From: a virus
Taxonomy: Duplodnaviria > Caudoviricetes
DNA length: 39,210 bases
IMG/VR virus record: IMGVR_UViG_3300048577_000336
Span: 1 to 39,210 of that record
Reading direction: 5' to 3' (one strand)
The notes beneath the pieces were generated by a model, which saw nothing but the letters and a program-made list of their open reading frames with translations, ran no database searches and was not told the DNA's origin. Positions 18,901 to 27,900 of this stretch are shown here, in pieces. Positions within the stretch are counted from its first letter, which is position 1. Every line of letters begins with the position of its first letter. The translations under genes and the position numbers were made by a program.

Positions 18901-21900
18901 AGCAGCCGACGCCCCCGACTATGGGAGGGTTTGCGTCTGGCGAGGAAGGGCCGCGTTACGCCATGAGCTTGCGGGAGACGCGCCATGCCAAACGAGGCCA
19001 CCCCCTCTATGTCGTGACCCTGGACGAGCGGACGTCGAGCGAGGCGTATGCGGGGCTCAAAAAAGAATTCGTCAAGCTCGGCGGCTACTGGTCGGGCTTT
19101 GCCCGCAACGGCGCAATCAAGGGCATCCAGTTCACGGACAAGGCCAAGGCCGAAGCCTTCCTGGAACGGTTCGGCAAAAAGTCGGCAGTGCAGGAGTCCT
19201 CCAGGGAAGGTGGGGCCGCGCCGGCCAGAGAGTCCCGCCCGTCGACTACTCCGGAGCAGTCCACCGCGAAGCCCCTTGGCGTCAACAGCGAGGGCAACCA
19301 AGTCTTCGAGGATGAACGCGGCAACCGCTCCGTGCGCGAGGGTGGAGTCCGCATCAAGGCCCCGGTTCCGGTCCGGCCGACCCGGGCCGGGGTGGTGGCC
19401 GAAGCGCATGGACCGGAGCAGCTTTACCGGGATGGGCACAGTGAGTTTCTGACCAAGGAGGAACTGGCCGCGTTCGAGCGCCCGGAGGCCTCGACACCGG
19501 CCGGCGAAGGCCTTATTTCCGAGAAGGAAGACCAAGGAGCGCGCGATGCAGGAAGTGCACACCCTGACCGATCCCGACCGGATGTGGGACTGGAAGGCCC
19601 ATCTGACGTGGCTCCTGGAGAACAAGCCCCAGGAGACGTGGGAGGACTTCCAGACGAATCCGGACGGCCTGAAAGAGGCCATCGACCGGAAGACGCTGCA
19701 GTCAGCCAACGTCCAGTACAAGCTCAAGAACAGCAAGGCTCCGGAGGACGCGATTCAGGAGGCGATGCTGGCGGTGGTCGCGCCGTCGGACGGCCCGGCC
19801 CTGAGCGCGGAGAATCCTCCCGAGCCCCTGCCCCGGCAAAAGGAAAGCCGGATATGGGCGTGGTGGGAGAACCTGCCGCCCCGAAAGATCACGGTCCTTC
19901 CAGACGGAACCTATCGAGAGACCATAACCACCGCATAGCCCCCGACGATGTGCTGGTGCCCGGCGGCAACGCCACCCGGGCCAAGGCCAACCTCGCCGCT
20001 GTCCGGCTCCTTAAGGAGTTGGAGGCGAAAAAACGTCTCCCCACGCCTCAGGAGCGCAAGGTCCTGGCCCAATTCTCGGGCTGGGGCTCCCTGGCCGAAG
20101 AGGTCTTCAAAAGGGATTTCGAGGACCTTGCCAACCGTTACGGCGGCGAGGTGCCGGCTAACCACCGCGTCCTCTTCCACCCGCCTCACCTGGAGAAGTA
20201 CGACGCCTGGCGGCGCAGGTACGGCGAACTCCATCCCAACATCGGCGGCCTGTTCTCCAAGGAGGAGTGGGACGCGGCCAAGCGTTCGACGCTCAATGCC
20301 CACTACACCGACCGGGACGTCGTCACGGCCATGTGGGATATGGTCCGGCAGCTAGGATTTGCCGGCGGCCAGGTGGTGGAACCGGCCGCCGGCATCGGCC
20401 ACTTCTTTGGCCTGATGCCCGAGGACCTGGCCGCCGCCTCCCACCTCAAGGGCGTAGAGCTGGATTCCATCACCGGCCGGTTGCTGGATAAACTCTATCC
20501 CGCCGCCGACATCCAAGTCACCGGATTCCAGGACGCCAAGCGCATGGGGAACAACACGGCGGACCTGGTCATCTCCAACGTCCCCTTCGGCGACTTCCCG
20601 ATCTACGACAAGGCGCACAAGGATTATTCCGGTTGGAGCATCCACAACTACTTCCTGGCCAGGGCCCTGGACGTGGTGCGGCCCGGCGGCCTGGTCGCGG
20701 CCATCACCTCGCACTACACCATGGATACGACTCGGTGGGGCAAGGTCCGGGAATACTTGGCCGGCAAGGCTGATCTGGTGGGCGCGATCCGCTTGCCTGG
20801 CACGGCCTTTTCCAAGAACGCCGGCACCGACGTCACGACCGACATCCTGATCCTGCGCAAAAAAGACGGACGCCCCTTTGAGGGCCAGCCCTGGCGGCAG
20901 GTGGAAAAGGTGGAGACGCCCGAGGGCCAGGCCGGAGTCAACGAATACTTCGTGACCCACCCGAAAATGGTGCTGGGCAGGCACTCCATGACCGGCTCCA
21001 TGCACGGCGGCCTCGAATACACCGTCCTGCCGGACAAGGCCCAGCCCCTGATCCAGCAGGTGCGGGAAGCCGTGGCACAGTTGCCTGTGGACATCCTGGG
21101 CCAAGGGCCGGCCAACCAGCCGAAGACCCTGCCTCAGGCCCTTGGCGAGCGGGCCGACGCGGACATGCGGGAGGGCACTCTTGTTATCCGGGATGGCGAC
21201 GTTTTTGCCGTAGAGGATGGACGGCTCGCGCGACCGGAATGGCAAGACGACAAGCTGGCTGCAACGCGATCGGCCATCGCCCGCAAGTATGTCGGCGTCA
21301 AGGCGGCTGCCCAGGGCTTGGTTCGGACCATGTTGTCCGCAGAAGCGACCGAAGCGGACGTCGTCGCGAAACAAAAGGAGCTTGGCCGGCTCTATGACGC
21401 CTTTGTCGAAGAACACGGCCCGTTCCTCGACAACCGGAAGCTGACGTTTCTTCGCGATGACGTCGAATACCCCAACGTCCTGGCCCTGGAAAAGAAGGAA
21501 GAACAGGTTGTCGACGGCGACAAGAAGGTCGTCGTCACCAAGGCCGACATCTTCACCAAACGGACCATCCGGCCCTTTGCCGAGCCCAGGACCGCCGCCT
21601 CGGCCGAGGACGCCGTCAAAATAAGCCTGCTCTACCGTGGGCATGTAGACGCCGCCAAAATCGGTGAGCTGCTCGGCCTCCCCGAGGCCGAGGCCAGGCG
21701 GAAGCTTGTGGAGACCGGCGCGGCCTATGAAAACCCGGAAACGGGGTTGCTCGAAACGCCGCAGGAATACCTGTCAGGCGACGTGCGCCAAAAGCTCCAG
21801 GTCGCCAGGGACAGCGCGGAAAGCAATCCGGATTACAAGCGCAACCTGGACGCCTTGGAGGCAGTGCAGCCGCCCAAAAAGCCCGTCAGCCGCATCGACG

Positions 21901-24900
21901 CCCGGCTGGGAGCGACTTGGATTCCCGATGGCGTGGTGTCCGCGTTCATGGAGCATATGGGCGTCCGTTGGGGCAGGGCAACCCAGACGCGCACCCGCGC
22001 CGGCGAGGACGGCATGTCCTCCTGGGACGTCAAGGGAACCCTGACGCAGGAGGCACAAAACCGTTGGACCGTGGGCGACACGGACCTTTTGGACATCCTC
22101 CAGGACTCGCTCAACCTCAAGCTGTCCAAGGCTTACAAATACCTGCCTGACGGCAACGGCGGCCGCAACCGCGTGGTCGACCAGGAAGGGACGCTTCTCG
22201 TCCAGGAAAAGCAAAAGGCCCTCCATGAGGAGTTCCTCAAATTTGCCCGCGAGACGCCCAAGGTCGCCACGGAGTTGGAGAACCTCTACGACGAGCGTTT
22301 CGGCGGGCAGATCCCCCGCCAGTACAACATTCCGGACGTGGCCCATTATCCGGGCGCGGTCGATACCATCACCCTGCGCGACCACCAAAAGCGCGGGGTT
22401 TCGCGTGGGCTCCAGGAAAACACGCTCTTCTCCCACGGGGTCGGGTCCGGCAAAACCTACCTCGTCACGACCCTGGCCATGGAGGCCCGGCGGCTTGGCA
22501 CGGCCAAAAAGCCGATGATCGTGGTCCAGGGGGCGACGTTGGAACAGTTCGCCAGCGCGTTCAAGCGGCTGTATCCGGCCGCCAACGTCCTGGCCCCCAA
22601 TGCCGAAGACCGGACCAAGGCCAACCGGCAGCGTCTGCTTTCCCAGATCGCCACGGGCGATTGGGACGCCGTGATCGTACCCCATTCCTTTTTCAACGGC
22701 TTGGCGATTTCCCCGGAGCGGGAAGCGGCCTTTATCGAAGAGGACCTGGACGCCCTGCGGGCGGATCTGCGCGAAGCCCAGGCCGACAAGAGCGAAGGGC
22801 GGGGCAAGAAATCCCCCCGGGTCAAGCAGATCGAAAAGATGATGCTCAAGCGCGAGGCGCGGCTCAAGGCCCTGCTCGACGCGCGCAAGGATGAGAACGT
22901 CTTTTTCGAGGACACGGGCGTGGACATGCTGGTGGTGGATGAGGCCCACGCCTACAAGCGCGGCGATTTCGTCACCAAGATGGACAATGTGAAGGGCCTG
23001 GACCGGGATTCCTCCCAGCGGTCCATGCAGCTTCTGTTGAAGTCCCGGTACATCGCCGAGAAGACCGGGGGCAAGAATGTCCACCTGGCCACGGGGACGC
23101 CGGTTTCCAATACCCTGGCCGAACTGTGGACCGCCCTGCGCTACATCCGCCCGGACCTCCTGGAGCGGTTCAACGTCACGCAGTTCGACGACTTCGCTTC
23201 GACCTTTTGCGCCACCAAGACCGACATCGAGGAGACGGCCACGGGCGACTACAAGCCCGTGACCCGGTTCAACCGCTACCAGAACCTGGGCGAACTCATC
23301 TCCATGTGGAAGGCCGGCGCGGACATCGTGCTGGCTGAAGACCTGGACTACATCAAGGACATTCCGAAGCTGAGAGGCGGCCGGCCCCAGGAAGTGTCCC
23401 TGGAGCGCAATCCGGAACTGACCGGCTACATTCAGCACCTCAAGCAGCGGCGGATGGAGTGGGAACATCTGACCGGCAAGGAGAAGCGGGAGCAGTCCCA
23501 TGTGCCGCTTCTCATCTACAACCTCGCCCAAAAGGCCGCCCTGGACATGCGGCTGGTCAACCCGGAGCTGGGTGAGGCTCCGGGAGGCAAGATCGACGCG
23601 GCGGCCGAGGAGATTTTCAAGCGGTATCAGGACCACCAGGACACCCGGGCGGCCCAGGCGGTTTTCAGCGACATCTACCAGTCGTCGGACAAGACCTTCA
23701 ATGTTTGGAAGGACCTCAAGCAAAAGCTTGTGGCCAAGGGCATTCCGGCCAGAGAAATCGCCATCATCTACGATTTCAACGAGAAGGCACGGGAAAAGCT
23801 TTTTGAGGCGGTCAATGCCGGCGATGTGCGGGTGGTGATGGGGTCCACGGAAAAGCTCGGCGTGGGCGTCAACATCCAGGAGCGTCTGGCCGCCCTGCAC
23901 CACCTGTCCCCACCGGTCCGGCCCATGGATTGGGAGCAGCGCAATGGCCGCATCCGCCGCCAGGGCAACATGTTCGGGGAAGTTGAGGTCCTGGCCTACG
24001 GCGTGAAAAACACGCTCGACTCGGTCAGCTTCAACATCCTGCAGAACAAACAGAAGTTCATCAACCAACTCCTTCGCGGCGAGATCGACGGCGACGTGAT
24101 GGAGAACCCTTTTGACGACGTCCAGCTCTCCTTCGAGGATATGATGGCGGCCTTTTCCGGCAACCCGCTGGCCATGGAGCGGGTGAAGCTTGAGGGGCAG
24201 GTGCGGGACCTGGGTCGGCTGCGCCAAGCCTTTCAGGACGAAAAGGCCGGCCGCATTCGCCAGCTCGACCTTTTGCGCGAGAGCCGGATACCGGCCATCG
24301 AAAAGAGCCTGGCCGCAGCCGAAAAGGAAGTGGATCGGCTGCGGCGCTCTTTCCCGGACTTCAAGGCGGAAACCTTTACGCTCAAGGACGGCACGTTCGA
24401 GAAGAAGGATTTCACCAGGAAGCTCACGGATTGGTACGATGGGCTCAAGGGCCGCCTGGAAAAGGAGACCGTGGGCAAGACCGTGGCCCACTATGAAGGG
24501 GTGCGGAGCGGCGGTAAATTCGGCGGCGCGGTTACCTTCGAGACCGGCGGCCATGAAGTCGAGATCAAGGTTCGTCCCGTATCCGCCGGCCTGGTCGGCG
24601 TGGACTCTAACCGGGGAGACGGTCTGGCCATGGTCACCGAGGCCACCTTGACCGGTGCCTTCACTGTCACGACCAAAAACGGGGAAGTCCTTTTCGAGCG
24701 TAATTTCGGCGCGCCCTCCGGATTTATCCGCTCCTTTAACAACGGCCTTGAGGAGCTTTCCCGGGAGCCCGAACGCATCAAGGGCCAGCTCGATCGGGCT
24801 CGGGAGTCGGCCGCGTCCCTGGAACGGCTTGTGGAGGAGAAGTTCACCAGAGAGGATGAATACTCCCAGGTGTCCGGTCGGTTGCGGGAAGTCGAGGAGG

Positions 24901-27900
24901 AACTGAAAAAGGCCAAGAACGAGGACTTGGCCGCTGTGGCGCAGGCGGCGGAGACCGCCGGGGAAGACGACGGCGGTCCGGCTGCCCGGCTGTCCCGGGC
25001 CGAGGCCAGCGCCGCCAATGCCGCACCCATCGCCAGGGCCGTAGCCGGGGAACTGCGCAAAGGAATTGCGCAGTTTCCGGCGCTTCGCGGCATCGTGGAC
25101 ATTTACCATGCCGAGTCCGATCTGCCGGCGGATCTGCGGCGCGAAGTCGAGGATGCGGGCGTTTCGGGGCGGTTCTACGGGGCCTATAACCCCGAAACCA
25201 AGCGCATCGCGCTTGTAGCCGGGAATATCCCCACGGAAAAGGCCGGGCAAGTCGCGTTCGTTCAAACGTTGCTGCGCCACGAGGGCCGGCACGGCGGGCT
25301 CGACCTGGTGCTCGGGGGCCGGGAGGCGCGGCAGGAGTACATGACCCGGGCCGCGCATGCCATGCCGCGCCAGGTTTCCCTGTGGCTGGAACGCCAAGGC
25401 CTCGACTCCACGCGCGCGACCCGGGCCGAAGCGGCCGAGGAAATACTCGTTTCCTGGGCCAAGGACGGCACAGTTCACCGGGTGTTGGACCGTCTGCTGG
25501 CCAAAATGGCCGAGTGGGTCCGTTCCATTTTCCCGAGTCTGAAGCTGACCAAGGCTGAGCTGCGCCAGATCCTGGCGTTGGCCGATGACTTCGTGGACGG
25601 CAAGGGGCTGGATTTCGTCGCGCCAGTCGGCTCGTCGTTCGTCGCCGCGCCGGCCTTCGCCCGCGAGGAGACGCGGTTTGCCCGGGCCGGCGAGCTGGCC
25701 GGCGTGCCAGTGGAAAAAGAAGAGGTGGCGACCTGGTTCAAGGGCGAGGTCACGGCCCATGTCCGTTCCTTTCTGCCAACCCTGCGCGGGACACTCAAGG
25801 AAACCGCAGTGCTTGGCAAAATCCTGCGGTCGCCGGAATATTGGAAACATCCGGTCCTCAAGCGGCTCTACGAGATTTTCCGTGACAGGACGGACCAAGC
25901 CCACGAGTTGCTGCATGCTGCCTTTGACCTGGGCGATGGCCGCACCATCGTCGAGTCGGCCAAGGAAGTCTTCAAGGATAAGAAGCAGCGGGAGATACTG
26001 AATCAAGGCGTGGACTACGCCGACGTGAACGAGATCAAACCCGAGGAAATGGAGGCCTGGTTCCGGGAACATGGCGCGACTGAAGCGACCATCGGCCTTT
26101 GGCGCTCGATGCGGGACGGCTACGACATGCTTCTCGATGCACGGCTGAAATCCTACCGCGCGCTGGTGGACAAGGCCCGGGACAGTTACGGCCGTAAAAT
26201 CGTCCGGCGTTTGGTTGAAGCCGGCGTTCCGGCCAAGGAGGCCCAGTCGTTCGATGCGAAGGCCTACCATGCTGACAGGACCCTTTCGGATGCGTTGGCG
26301 CCCTATTCCCAGCAGGTGGCCGAAGTGGTGTCCACGGCACGCAAGGCCGGCATCACCATCCAGGGCCAGCTAGCTGATGTGCGGTTGTCCGGCGAGGACG
26401 GCACATCGTTTTCGCTCAAGGAGCTTATCGAGCGCATGGGGCAACTTCGTGGCTCCTATGCGCCCCGTTTGCGCGAAACCGGAGAGTATGTGGTGCGGGG
26501 CCAGCGAATGGCCCCGAACGGCAAACTGGAGCGTTTCCGCGCGCACAAGGAGTGGCGCTCCGGGGCCGAATCACTGCGGGCGAAGATGGCTCGGGCTGGT
26601 TGGGACATGGAACCGGTCGGACGGATCGAGAAATTGCCCGAGGCCACGCAGGGAATCATCAAAGCCTTGGAGCTGGCCAAGACCGTGGAAAGCGCCGTCA
26701 ACCAGGTCGGCGAGGACGTGGACGCCGGTCTTGTCGGCGAACTCTTGGAGACGCTGGCCGACGAGGTTAAGGCACGGGGGTTTAGGGCACAGTCCATCCG
26801 GCGCACGGGTCGCCACGGCGACGTGGTGCAAGGTTATTTTGTAGATGCCCTGGAGCGGTACACCCGGTACGCCGGGGCCACGGCCTACGGCCTGGCCAAG
26901 ATGGAAGCGGCGGGAAAGGCCTCCAAGGCTCTTTTCGGCCAGGACGGCGCTACAGGCATCGACATCCAGAAGGAACGCGACGTCTATCGGCTGGCCGTGG
27001 ATTATCTTGCGGAAAACCTGCGTAACGCCGAGGCGGGGGACCGGGTCTTCAGCCTAGCCAAGTCGGTGGCCAGCCTGAAATACTTGGGGCTCAATCCGCG
27101 TTCGGCCCTGGTCAACCTTTCTTCCATGGCCACTTCCGTGCCTGCGGCGCTCCACGCCTACGCCCTGGAGGGCAAGGGCGGCTGGGCCAAGATCGGTCGG
27201 GAGACGGCCCGGGCCATGGCCGACTATCTGGGCGTGATGACCGGCAAGTGGGGCTCCTTCACGGCGGACGAAAAGCGGTTCTTGGAGGGCATCCGCAAAG
27301 AGTCCCTGGACGATCCGCAGTTTGCCCGTGAGGCCCTGTCCACCTATCGCGATACGGCCGGAACAAGCTGGTCCTGGCTCATGGGCAAGACCTTGGCCCT
27401 TTTCGGGGCGACCGAGCAGCTCAACCGGGGTTCGACGCTTCTGGCCGCCTACCGGCTGGCCCGTTCGGCCGGAGCGGACCACGAGGCGGCCACGGCCAGG
27501 GCGCGGGAGACGTCCGACCGGGCGCACGGCGTCTACGACCGGGCGACCCAGCCCGCCTGGACCTGGGGCACGTCGGCCGGGTCCAGACTCGGCCAGAGTT
27601 GGTACGTCTACAAAAAGTACGGCCACAACTACCTCCAGCTCGTCCATGAGCTGTTCCAGAAAAAAGACTGGCAGGCGGCCACGTTCGCCCTGGCCGCGCC
27701 GATGGCGCTTGGCGGCTTGGGAAGCCAGGTGCTGACGTCCATCGTTAAGGCGTTGTTTGTAGCCGGCGGTTCCGATGATGATCCGGAAAAATGGCTCTAT
27801 GACTTCATTCGACGCAACATGGGCGACCAAGGAGAGGAATTGGCTCGGTTCGGCCTGCTTGGGCTCGTGACCGGCACCGACATGTCCGGCTCCCTTGGCA

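Noticed and set aside
17176-19452. Other alternative-frame plus-strand ORFs inside the giant gene (17176-18306, 19048-19452)
   Set aside because: Arg/Pro/Ser-rich off-frame composition with no convincing RBS, unlike the nested ORF at 19546.
21774-26270. 1498-aa antisense ORF (also 13545-16241, 3866-5773, 27054-28592 and others)
   Set aside because: Antisense shadows of GC3-biased sense genes. No recognisable motifs, while the sense frames carry clear domains.
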